A program made the translations under genes and the position numbers. 64,000 nucleotides of DNA, taken from contig CAYWZO010000002.1 of NCBI GenBank assembly GCA_964462865.1, positions 820 through 64,819 of the forward strand. The letters run 5' to 3'. This document shows, piece after piece, positions 37,598-46,373 of this stretch. The notes below the pieces were generated by a model. It had not been told where the DNA came from, did not search any database, and saw nothing but the letters and a program-made list of their open reading frames with translations. Position 1 is the first letter of the stretch. Every line of letters starts with the position of its first letter. This stretch comes from an uncultured Dehalococcoidaceae bacterium. Lineage in GTDB: Bacteria; Chloroflexota; Dehalococcoidia; Dehalococcoidales; RBG-16-60-22.

Positions 37598-38353
37598 CTA
37601 AATTCTCGTTACCCTGTTGCCCTCCCGCCCGGAAAACTGAAGGCGCAGGTAATAACGCGTGATGGTCTGGAAGGCGTTGACAATATTCCGGACGTTATTG
37701 ATTCTCGAATTGCCGTAGTCCCGCTGCTTGAGGAGGATACCCACCTCTTTCCAGGCAACCTTACGTTTCATCAGGGTAATGATGAGCGGGGCCGTAAAGA
37801 CAAACCCGCGGGAATGCACCTCCGGCACGGTGCGGATTTGCTCCGCGGGGAACACCCCGGGGCCGTTATAATAGCGCAGCCGCTTGAAAAACAGGGCATT
37901 AATCAGGCAGGTGTATCCCCAGGAAATTACCCGCCGGAGCCACGGGCGGATGTTGGAATTGACCATATAAGGGAGAATCATATCGGCGGTGCCGATAGCG
38001 TCAGCGATGGTCTCCAGAGAAACCTGCGGGATTTCTCCGTCACCGGGGATGAGCCACACGTATCTAAAGCGGGCTTTTGCCACGCCGCGCCGGAAGGCGT
38101 AACCGCAGCCCATGTTCTTCTCGTTGTGAACCACCACGACGCGTGAATCGGCGGCGGCAATATCATCGGCGATATGGCCGGTCCCGTCACGGCTGCCGTC
38201 ATCCACGATGATGATTTCGTAATCAGCAAACCGGGGAGCCATGGCGCGGCGCACGGCATCGACCGCCTTCGGTAAATTTCCGGCCTCGTTAAAGGCCAGC
38301 ACTACTGCCGATACCGTCACCGCATCCCCGGTTATTTCACTAGAAGGGGCCAT
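37598..38353 (-). CDS. GT2 glycosyltransferase, polyprenol-phosphate-sugar synthase type (Dpm1/ArnC/GtrB-like)
   Basis: VSAVVLAFNEAGNL...YEIIIVDDGSRDGT...VHNEKNMGCGYAFRRG...PGDGE. The short soluble size is typical of this class. The stop lies 4 nt before the GT-C-like gene. Confidence 0.8.
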   Translation of the reverse strand: MAPSSEITGDAVTVSAVVLAFNEAGNLPKAVDAVRRAMAPRFADYEIIIVDDGSRDGTGHIADDIAAADSRVVVVHNEKNMGCGYAFRRGVAKARFRYVWLIPGDGEIPQVSLETIADAIGTADMILPYMVNSNIRPWLRRVISWGYTCLINALFFKRLRYYNGPGVFPAEQIRTVPEVHSRGFVFTAPLIITLMKRKVAWKEVGILLKQRDYGNSRINNVRNIVNAFQTITRYYLRLQFSGREGNRVTRI

Positions 38354-39377
38354 GGAACTCCTCGTCGATAGGCTTGTTGACCGCCGCTGTCTGGTACACT
38401 TCGGTGTCGCTCAAAATGGCCCGCACCGTTGCGGCGATTTCCCCGGCACCCGGGTAAAAGAGTCTCTCCAGAGGGAAGGAGACCGGTGAGGGCACGTCCG
38501 GCGAAGCGACGATATGCGGCGGCGCTTTCAGGTACTCGAAGACGTTCCGGGTAACTCGCGAAACGACCTCCGAGGCGATGCCGAAGCTCTGCCACGAAGT
38601 ATCGGCCACAATGAGCCGGTGCGTTTTCCTGACGGATTCAAAAATAAGCGTGTCGTCCAGCGGGCTGACCGTCCGCAGGTCGATGACCTCGGTGCTGATG
38701 TCTTCCCGTTCCAGCGCTGCCGCCGCTTTAAGCGAATCGGCCACCATGATGGAATCGGCCACGATGCTGACATCGTCACCGTAGCGGCGGACAACCGCTT
38801 CTCCCAGCGGGACTTCGTAATACGCCTCCGGTACCTCTTCCCTCTGGTCATAAAGGCGGCGGTGGTCCAGGAAAATTACCGGGCAGTCTTCCCGGATGCT
38901 GGCAGCGAGGAGCCCTTTGGCATCGTACGGCGTGGCCGGCATGACCACCTTGAGCCCGGGGAAATGGGCAAAGGCGGCCTGGAGGCTCTGGGCGTGCTGG
39001 GCCCCCTGACCCCACCCCCTGCCTATGATAGCCCGGATAACGATGGGCACATGAGTGCCCCCGCTGGCGTAGGGCCACTTGGCCGCCGTGTTGGCCAGCT
39101 GGTCCATGGTGACCAGGAGAAAATCGTTGCGGGCGTGCACCATGACGGGTCGCATGCCGTGAAGGGCGGCGCCGATAGCCGCGCCGGTCAGGGCGGGTTC
39201 GGAGAGGGGGATATCGAAGACGCGGGCATCGCCGAATTTCCGGTGGGCGCCGAGCGTCGTCCCGAAGATGCCCTTGGGGTCGTCAACACCCACCCCCATG
39301 GTGAAAACCGAGGCGTCCCGCTCCATGGCCTGGATGAGTCCTTCGCTTAACGCCTCCGCGTAGGTCAGCTCTCTCAT
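38340..39377 (-). CDS. TPP-dependent 2-oxoacid dehydrogenase E1 beta-like subunit (transketolase Pyr/C-terminal domains)
   Basis: LTYAEALSEGLIQAMERDASVFTMGVGVDDPKGIFGTT...FDIPLSEPALTGAAIGAAL... Confidence 0.8.
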   Translation of the reverse strand: MRELTYAEALSEGLIQAMERDASVFTMGVGVDDPKGIFGTTLGAHRKFGDARVFDIPLSEPALTGAAIGAALHGMRPVMVHARNDFLLVTMDQLANTAAKWPYASGGTHVPIVIRAIIGRGWGQGAQHAQSLQAAFAHFPGLKVVMPATPYDAKGLLAASIREDCPVIFLDHRRLYDQREEVPEAYYEVPLGEAVVRRYGDDVSIVADSIMVADSLKAAAALEREDISTEVIDLRTVSPLDDTLIFESVRKTHRLIVADTSWQSFGIASEVVSRVTRNVFEYLKAPPHIVASPDVPSPVSFPLERLFYPGAGEIAATVRAILSDTEVYQTAAVNKPIDEEFHGPF

Positions 39378-39387
39378 GTTCTCCTCA

Positions 39388-40377
39388 TCAATAGACGTTG
39401 GTGTATAGTGCGACCGCGTCCGGGTAGGGATCGGCCTTGGCCCGCGCTAAGGCTTCCTGTATATCCTTTTCAATTTTTCCGGCAATCGTCCGGAGTTCGG
39501 CCTCGGTGGCCTGTCCAGTGGCCAGCAGGTACTCCCGGCAGCGTTTCACCGGGCATTTCTCCATCCAGCCTTCTACCTCTTCCCGGGTGCGGTAGCCCAG
39601 GTCCCAGTCGTAGTTCGGCCCGACGTGCTCCCGCCAGCGGTAGGTCCGGCACTCCAGCAAAGTCGGCCCCTGGCCGCTCCTGGCGCGCGCGATAGCACGG
39701 ACGCTGGCGCGGTATACCTCCAGGACGTCATTACCATCAACACGCTCACCGGGAATGCCGTAAATCTCGCCGCGCTGGTAGATGTTATCGTTGACCTGCC
39801 GGTGGTGGAACGGTGACTGGGTGGCGTAAAAGTTGTTCTCGCAGAAGAATATCACCGGCAGCCGGCGGAGGGCGGCGTAATTCATGGTTTCGTAGAAGAT
39901 TCCCTGCTCGGTGCCGGCATCGCCGAAGAACGCCACCGCCACGCGGTCGGTACGCTGCATGGTGAAAGCCAGCGCGGCGCCCATGGCCAGCGGTATGGAT
40001 GCCCCGACAATGGCCGAGGTCCCCATCATGCCGACCGATTCGTCGGCCAGGTGCATGGAACCACCCTTGCCGCCGGCACAGCCGGTAGCCTTACCATAGA
40101 GCTCGGCAATCATGCGGTGGATATCGCCGCCCTTGGCGATATAGTGCGCATGGCAGCGGTGGGTGCTGAAAACGGAATCGTCCTTCCGCAGGGCTACGCA
40201 GATTCCGGCAGCGGCGGCTTCCTGGCCGATGGAGAGGTGGGTGGGGCAGCGCATTTCCTGCTCCGCGTAGACCTCGGCGATGACTTCTTCCACGCGGCGG
40301 ATACGCAGCATTACCGTGTACAATTCGATGAGTGTTTTTCCGGGGATGTCCCCGGTTGTTCTTCGGCTATCCTCCAC
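39388..40377 (-). CDS. TPP-dependent E1 alpha-like subunit
   Basis: LYTVMLRIRRVEE, the GKGGSMH loop, and the TPP motif GDAGTEQGIFYETMNYAALRRLPVIFFCENNFYA. GTG start. Confidence 0.8.
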   Translation of the reverse strand: MEDSRRTTGDIPGKTLIELYTVMLRIRRVEEVIAEVYAEQEMRCPTHLSIGQEAAAAGICVALRKDDSVFSTHRCHAHYIAKGGDIHRMIAELYGKATGCAGGKGGSMHLADESVGMMGTSAIVGASIPLAMGAALAFTMQRTDRVAVAFFGDAGTEQGIFYETMNYAALRRLPVIFFCENNFYATQSPFHHRQVNDNIYQRGEIYGIPGERVDGNDVLEVYRASVRAIARARSGQGPTLLECRTYRWREHVGPNYDWDLGYRTREEVEGWMEKCPVKRCREYLLATGQATEAELRTIAGKIEKDIQEALARAKADPYPDAVALYTNVY

Positions 40378-40478
40378 GCGAATCGAGCCCCTTTATATAG
40401 CAGTAGGCCGGTTACCGTAGATTGTTCCGGTTCAGCATCACGGTTTCCGGCCCCTCGTTCCACGGTTAACGGTATCGT

Positions 40479-41471
40479 TCAAATACCGGCCCGGATTCCG
40501 TCCATCTGTTCCTTCATGGCACGGATGTTGTAGTAGATGCTGTTCTCCGGTTCCGGGAACAACCCGGCCTCAAACGCCTGCTTGATGTCCCTGATTGCCT
40601 GGCGTATGGTCCTAACTGGGACAATACCAAGCTCGGCCTTTATCTTCTCGGAAGAAATCCGGTAGGACCGGTTATCCGTCACGTTGGTATCGGTCGTAAC
40701 CGGTACGCCCGTCTCCTCATGCACCATTTGAGCAATCTCGGCCACGGTGTGATTGGTCGAGCCGAAATTATAGACCTTTCCGTTTATCTTTTCGCCCGGC
40801 ATCTCGACCAGGGCAAGGTACAGGTCCGTGATATCATCGATATGGACGTTGGGGCGGTACTGTCCGCCGCCGTGAACGGTAATCATCCCGTTGACAATGG
40901 CGGTCTTGGCCATGATATTGACGATGACGTCAAACCGCATACGCGGGGAAACCCCGCACACCGTAGCCGACCGCACCGAGACCGTCGTGAAGTCCGGGCC
41001 GGCGGCGGTACCGACGATTTCCTCGCCCTCGGCCTTGGTCTGCGCGTACAGGGTTATCGGCTCCAGGGTAAGGTCCTCCGTGACCGATGCCTCCTCCTTC
41101 ACCCCGTAAACGCTGCTGGAAGACGCGTTGATAAACCGCCGGACACCCAGCCCCCTGGCCATATCCACCAGCCGGGCCACGGCGTCCCGGTTGACCTGTA
41201 AAGTTATCGCCGGGTCGAGGTCGGAACAGGGGTCATTGGCTATCGAGGCCAGGTGGATGACATGCGTGGTCCCGGATAACAGGAAACGCATCAACCCGGC
41301 ATCCCTTATGTCTCCTCGCACCACGGTCAACTGCTTGGCCGCCTTGAGACGATTACCGAAGAGCAGGCTATCTATAACGGTAACCTGGTAGCGCTGTATC
41401 AGCTTCGGCACCAGCACGGAGCCGACGTAACCGCAGCCACCGGTGACTAGTATGTTTCTCTCGTTTTTCAT
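40479..41471 (-). CDS. NAD-dependent sugar epimerase/dehydratase (extended SDR)
   Basis: ILVTGGCGYVGS and YAQTKAEGE (YxxxK). Confidence 0.8.
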   Translation of the reverse strand: MKNERNILVTGGCGYVGSVLVPKLIQRYQVTVIDSLLFGNRLKAAKQLTVVRGDIRDAGLMRFLLSGTTHVIHLASIANDPCSDLDPAITLQVNRDAVARLVDMARGLGVRRFINASSSSVYGVKEEASVTEDLTLEPITLYAQTKAEGEEIVGTAAGPDFTTVSVRSATVCGVSPRMRFDVIVNIMAKTAIVNGMITVHGGGQYRPNVHIDDITDLYLALVEMPGEKINGKVYNFGSTNHTVAEIAQMVHEETGVPVTTDTNVTDNRSYRISSEKIKAELGIVPVRTIRQAIRDIKQAFEAGLFPEPENSIYYNIRAMKEQMDGIRAGI

Positions 41472-41483
41472 TATCGTCTCACT

Positions 41484-43019
41484 CTATTTCAGCAACGTAT
41501 TGATATATTTATAAAGGGGGACCGGCTCTACCGGCGATTTATTGCCTACGATGCGTATTTTTAAGGCGCCCATGGCATTGCCGATAAATCCGAGCACTGC
41601 CGAAGGGAAGCGCTTCGCGGCGCACAGCGAGGTGATGGAAAAGTAAGCGTCTCCGGCGCCGACCCTGTCCACGAAATCCCGGGAAAAAACGGGGACAGCC
41701 AGGAAACCCTCTCTATCGAAATAGACCAGCGAACCTTTGTGACCACGGGTTACCACCGCGTGATGACACTTGAGCCCTTTGGTGACATCACTCACCAGCT
41801 CCTCAATCCTGCCGTAATTATCGTGAGTGGCCAGGCGGATTTCCGCTTCGTCAATGCAGAAATAGTCCGCCCGGGGATACTTGGTTATTAGATTGAAGCC
41901 GATATTCGCCGAGTTGGTCTGGACATTTATCGCCAGAAATTTAGCCTCTTCACAGATTAGCTTGATGATTTCTCTCTCCAGGAAGCCGTGTCCGTAATCC
42001 CCCACCACCACCAGGTCATAATTCTTGGCGGCTGATGCCAGGTAACGGCAGACCTGGCTGTTAATTGATTCCGGCAAGACGTTACCGTCCATAAAATGCA
42101 CCTCGAACAGCTTGCGTAGTATATCGGCTTCCACGAAGCGGCGCTTGACGATGGTGGGGGAGTTGGGACGGTAGAAAAACTTGGCGTTGATATTCGGCCT
42201 GAGATGCTCCAGGATGAACTGCTCGTAAGTATTCTGTATCCCCAGGCAGGTAACGACGTCAACGTGATCGCAGAAGCCAGCGATGTGGTTGGCAATTGCC
42301 AGGATGCCGCCGGCAAAACTCTCCCCGTAGATATATTTGGCAGGTATCAGTATCTCTTTCGGTGATTTCCCCAGCGGGGTACAGTAATGGTACTCATCAA
42401 TAATCGTGTCGCCGATCACCAGCACCCGCAGGTTTTTCAGGCCCTGTAAATGCTTGATTATGTCTTCGGATGAGTACCGAGCGCGGAACTCCTGCAAAAA
42501 GCTCTGCGCCTCATCCGAGAAAACGTCAAAATGGAGATTGAGCAGCTTGGTGGAACTGAAGGTAATCTCATCGGTAAAATGCACCCTGCCGCCGACTGAC
42601 CTTACGGCCTCTTCCTCTTCGCTGATTTTCCCGGTCAGGTCATCTTTGGAGTTGGTGTAATCGCTGCCCTTGCAATAAACATCGGGGGCCAGCTTTTTTA
42701 TACTCTCGATGGCCGTGGGCCATTCATTGAGCGCTACGTAATCCACACATTCCAGAGCCGCAATCGACTCTACCCGCAATTGCTCGTTGAATACCGGGCG
42801 TCCCGGCCCTTTGACCACGTAGACATCCTTGGTTACCGTCACCACCAGCACGTCGCCTTCTCTTTTGGCCGCCTTGAAGTGCCGGATATGGCCGGGATGC
42901 AGCAGGTCAAATACGCCGTGGCATTGCACCACGGTCCTGCCGTCTTTTTTCAGGGTATAGATAATGCCGGCAAGGCCATCCAGAGTCACAATCTTGGACT
43001 TTATTTCAGCAGTTACCAT
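41484..43019 (-). CDS. Bifunctional sugar-phosphate nucleotidyltransferase + PfkB sugar kinase (HldE/RfaE-like, domains in reversed order)
   Basis: N-terminal cytidylyltransferase fold with CHGVFDLLHPGHIRHF (HxGH). C-terminal PfkB kinase (VLVIGDTIIDEY..., VVTRGHKGS, DRVGAGDAYF). Confidence 0.75.
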   Translation of the reverse strand: MVTAEIKSKIVTLDGLAGIIYTLKKDGRTVVQCHGVFDLLHPGHIRHFKAAKREGDVLVVTVTKDVYVVKGPGRPVFNEQLRVESIAALECVDYVALNEWPTAIESIKKLAPDVYCKGSDYTNSKDDLTGKISEEEEAVRSVGGRVHFTDEITFSSTKLLNLHFDVFSDEAQSFLQEFRARYSSEDIIKHLQGLKNLRVLVIGDTIIDEYHYCTPLGKSPKEILIPAKYIYGESFAGGILAIANHIAGFCDHVDVVTCLGIQNTYEQFILEHLRPNINAKFFYRPNSPTIVKRRFVEADILRKLFEVHFMDGNVLPESINSQVCRYLASAAKNYDLVVVGDYGHGFLEREIIKLICEEAKFLAINVQTNSANIGFNLITKYPRADYFCIDEAEIRLATHDNYGRIEELVSDVTKGLKCHHAVVTRGHKGSLVYFDREGFLAVPVFSRDFVDRVGAGDAYFSITSLCAAKRFPSAVLGFIGNAMGALKIRIVGNKSPVEPVPLYKYINTLLK

Positions 43020-43034
43020 ATTCGGCCCCCCCTG

Positions 43035-44021
43035 TTAGTGAGATAGGTAGGCAAACCAGTCCCTGGTGGCTACCGCGATGGTATCCGGTGTCCAGACCGG
43101 TGCCTCCTTCCAGTAATCTATGTTCTCCAGCAGGATGCGTGCGCCTTCCTCCAGCGATACCCGGGGCTGCCAGCCCAGCATCTTTCGTATCCTGGTGATA
43201 TCGGCGTGGGTACAGTCAGGTTCGCCAGGCCGTTTGGGGATATGGACAACCTCTCCCCCCAATAGTTGCACCAGCCGGTTAACAGTATAGGTTTGCCCGC
43301 TGCCTACGTTCAGCACCTGGTCTCTGATATCAGATTCGGCGGCCATGACCAGGGCATCCGTCACATCACTGACGAAAGTAAAGTCCCTGGTCTGCCGGCC
43401 ATCACCGACCACGGTGAAGGGTCTGCGGTGCAGCTTTTGCGCCAGGAACACCCCGAAGACCGCCCCGTAGACCCCCGATGTCCGGGAACGCGGGCCGTAG
43501 ACATTAAACAGGCGGAGCGAAAGTACCGGCAGCCGGTAAACCTGGCCCCAGTGAAGGGTGCACTGCTCGCCCAGGTATTTAGTCAGGGCATAGGGGTATT
43601 GCGGCCGTATCTCCGCGGTCTCCGGCGTCGGGTATTCGTCCGGGATGCCATAGCAGGAGGAAGACGCCACATAGATAAACCGTTTGACACCCGCCTGGCG
43701 GGACGCCTCCAGCAGATTAACGGTGCCGCCAACGTTGGAACGGTAATAGGTGAGTGGATTCTGGATGGAGGGGACAATATCGGCCAGCGCCGCCAGGTGA
43801 AAAACCCAGTCAATATTGGCTAATTGAGGCCTTAAAGCTTCCCCATCGGCGATGTCTACCCGTTGCGCCTGGAAATTCCGGTCACCACGGAGATGGGCCA
43901 GGTTCTCCGGACGCCCCGTGCTGAAATTATCCAGGACGGTCACCTCATGACCTCCCTGCAACAAGCGGTCAACCAGATGGCTTCCGATAAATCCGGCGCC
44001 GCCGGTCACCATAGCTTTCAT
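43035..44021 (-). CDS. NAD-dependent nucleotide-sugar epimerase/dehydratase (extended SDR, UDP-Glc 4-epimerase / UXS-like)
   Basis: MKAMVTGGAGFIGSHLV, YALTKYLGE. ATG at 44021 follows GGAGG. The ORF-track TTG start is at 44048. Confidence 0.8.
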   Translation of the reverse strand: MKAMVTGGAGFIGSHLVDRLLQGGHEVTVLDNFSTGRPENLAHLRGDRNFQAQRVDIADGEALRPQLANIDWVFHLAALADIVPSIQNPLTYYRSNVGGTVNLLEASRQAGVKRFIYVASSSCYGIPDEYPTPETAEIRPQYPYALTKYLGEQCTLHWGQVYRLPVLSLRLFNVYGPRSRTSGVYGAVFGVFLAQKLHRRPFTVVGDGRQTRDFTFVSDVTDALVMAAESDIRDQVLNVGSGQTYTVNRLVQLLGGEVVHIPKRPGEPDCTHADITRIRKMLGWQPRVSLEEGARILLENIDYWKEAPVWTPDTIAVATRDWFAYLSH

Positions 44022-44164
44022 TAATAAAGTTTTTCCTCCGTGTCCCAAACTTCCTTGCTGTAAAACGCAAGTATTTTTACCTGAAAAACATTGAAATACT
44101 TATTAATAAGCAAACATTTATCTAAACGTTGACGTAATGCTTGACGTTACATGACATTTATGGC

Positions 44165-44193
44165 ATTATAAACAATAATAATACTTTTGTCAA
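44165..44193 (-). promoter_or_regulatory. Perfect consensus sigma70-type promoter TTGACA-N17-TATAAT on the minus strand, driving the 21-gene operon
   Basis: The minus strand reads TTGACA (44193-44188), aaagtattattattgtt, TATAAT (44170-44165). It lies in a visibly AT-rich 390-nt intergenic region. Confidence 0.65.
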
Positions 44194-44362
44194 TATTTGT
44201 CCAAAAATATTTCATAATGGACATCTTATATAGCCGTAATGTGGACTCATGGCGCCTAAATAAGTACCAGTTTATCGGGCTATAATTCGTGCTAAATGCC
44301 TTTTATAAGTTGATATACTTTTTAATTTCCCGGTGCTCCCTCTCCACTCCAGCCTGCTTTAG

Positions 44363-44392
44363 TTGAAAAAGTGTCAGGAACAGTTTTATAAT
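44363..44392 (+). promoter_or_regulatory. Predicted promoter TTGAAA-N18-TATAAT for the AOR gene
   Basis: -35 at 44363-44368 and -10 at 44387-44392, 47 nt before the ATG at 44440. AAGGA RBS. Confidence 0.55.
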
Positions 44393-44439
44393 TTGTTTGC
44401 TATACCTTTTGATTGGGTTATTAATATAAGGAATTTATT

Positions 44440-46350
44440 ATGACCAGTTACGGCTACGCCGGCGCGATACTGAAGGTCAATTTGTCCGATGGTAGTATCG
44501 CCCGCCTGCCCACGGCGGACTACGCTGATAGATTCCTGGGGGGCAAGGGCCTGGGCGCCCGGTTATACTGGGAACTGGTCCCTTCCCTGACCGGCGCCTT
44601 CTCCCCGGAAAACTGCCTGATATGTACCAGCGGCCCCGCGGCCGGTTTCACCGGCTTTGCCAGCAGCCGCTGGCTGGTCTGCGCCAAGACCGCCGCTAAT
44701 GAACCGGAATCATTTTCTTACGGTAATCTGGGAGGTAGCTGGGGCAACCGGCTGAAATACGCCGGCTATGACGGTGTTGTCATCCAGGGCAAGGCCGATA
44801 AGCCGGTCTACCTCTGGATACATGATAATACCGTGGAATTCAAAGACGCCTCCCATCTCTGGGGCAGGACCGCCTTTGAAGCACAGGATACCCTTAAGGC
44901 AGAACACGGCAGTATGGCCAGCGTTTTGACCATCGGCCCGGCAGCGGAGAACCTTATCGTCTTCGCCACCTTGCTGGCCGATGAGGGCGCCTCCGGCTCC
45001 GGCGGCACGGGCGCCGTGATGGGCTCGAAAAACCTTAAAGCTATCGTCGTCGCCGGTGACAAAAGGCCGATTGCCGCCGACCCGGATAAGCTCCGTGCCC
45101 TGGCCGACCATTTACGGGGGATGTTCCGGGGGCCAGACCCTAAAGTATGGTGGGTGATACCCGGCATCACCAAAAAACAGGCCTGTCACGGCTGCGGCCT
45201 CGGCTGCACCCGGCAGTTTTACACGGATAAGAACGGACACCGCTTTAAGAGTTTTTGCCAGCCCATAGATATCTACCGCCGGTCGGCCTACAAATACTAT
45301 AACGGCTGGAACGAGGTGATATTGCTGGCCATGAGGCTCTGTGACCAGTACGGTCTGGATTCCTGCGTCATCCAGGCGATGATAGAGTGGCTTAACGGCT
45401 GCCGCAAGGAAGGCCTGTTGCATGAAAAGGACACCGGCCTGCCGCTGGATAAGATAGGCAGTGCCGAGTTTATTGAAGCCCTAACCCGCATGATAGCCCG
45501 CCGCGAGGGCTTCGGCGACCTCCTGGCGCAGGGCACGATTAAAGCCGCGGCCAAGGTAGGCCGGCGCGCCAGCGAGCTTATTAGCTGGTCGGTATTGAAC
45601 CGTTCCAACGAAGTTAAAGATTATGACCCGCGGGTAACGCTGCATAACGCGCTGTGTATCGCCACCGAGCCGCGCCGTCCGGTGCAGCAGATACACGAAG
45701 GCAGCGGCGCCCTGATGGGTTGGCTCGCCTGGGAGGCCAGTCAGGTGGGGCAGGCGGTCCTCACGCCGGAGGCACTTCGAGAAAACGCAGTGAATTACTG
45801 GGGCAGCGCCGCAGCAGCCGACTATTCCAGTTACGAAGGGAAAGCCCTGGCTGCCAAGCGCATCCAGGACCGCACCTACGCCTTCGAGAGTACCATCCTC
45901 TGCAACGCTATGGCCAGGTGGCCGTTGACACGCCGGAAAGCTAACGGCCCGGCCCTGGCCGCCCGGATTATCTCCGCCGTTACCGGGAGGGACATGGATG
46001 AGGCTGGCTTTGAGCTAATAGGCGAAAGAGTCTTCAATATGCAACGGGCGGTAAGCATCGTCCAGGGGTGGGGAGGCAGGGACGGCGACAGCCTGCTGGA
46101 TTTCTACCATAAAGAACCCATCCAGTATCTTCGCTTCGACCGTGAATGTAAGGTGCCGGGCGCTGACGGTAGCGTTGCCTCCCGTAAAAATACCGTCATC
46201 GAACGTTCCGAGTTCGAGAAGATGAAAGATGAGTATTACCGGCTGCGCGGCTGGGACGAGGCCTCCGGCCTGCAGACCCGCGCCGGCCTGGAAGCCCTTG
46301 ACCTGGGAGACGTCGCTGCGGAGCTTGGCAAAACCGGGCTTATAAAATAA
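44440..46350 (+). CDS. aor: Aldehyde:ferredoxin oxidoreductase family (tungstopterin AOR)
   Basis: N-terminus reads GYAGAILKVNLSDGSI...YADRFLGGKGLGARLYWE, followed by AOR-type length and motifs (GSGGTGAVMGSKNLKAIVV). Confidence 0.85.
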   Translation: MTSYGYAGAILKVNLSDGSIARLPTADYADRFLGGKGLGARLYWELVPSLTGAFSPENCLICTSGPAAGFTGFASSRWLVCAKTAANEPESFSYGNLGGSWGNRLKYAGYDGVVIQGKADKPVYLWIHDNTVEFKDASHLWGRTAFEAQDTLKAEHGSMASVLTIGPAAENLIVFATLLADEGASGSGGTGAVMGSKNLKAIVVAGDKRPIAADPDKLRALADHLRGMFRGPDPKVWWVIPGITKKQACHGCGLGCTRQFYTDKNGHRFKSFCQPIDIYRRSAYKYYNGWNEVILLAMRLCDQYGLDSCVIQAMIEWLNGCRKEGLLHEKDTGLPLDKIGSAEFIEALTRMIARREGFGDLLAQGTIKAAAKVGRRASELISWSVLNRSNEVKDYDPRVTLHNALCIATEPRRPVQQIHEGSGALMGWLAWEASQVGQAVLTPEALRENAVNYWGSAAAADYSSYEGKALAAKRIQDRTYAFESTILCNAMARWPLTRRKANGPALAARIISAVTGRDMDEAGFELIGERVFNMQRAVSIVQGWGGRDGDSLLDFYHKEPIQYLRFDRECKVPGADGSVASRKNTVIERSEFEKMKDEYYRLRGWDEASGLQTRAGLEALDLGDVAAELGKTGLIK

Positions 46351-46373
46351 TAGTTATAACAGGAGGAAAAGCC

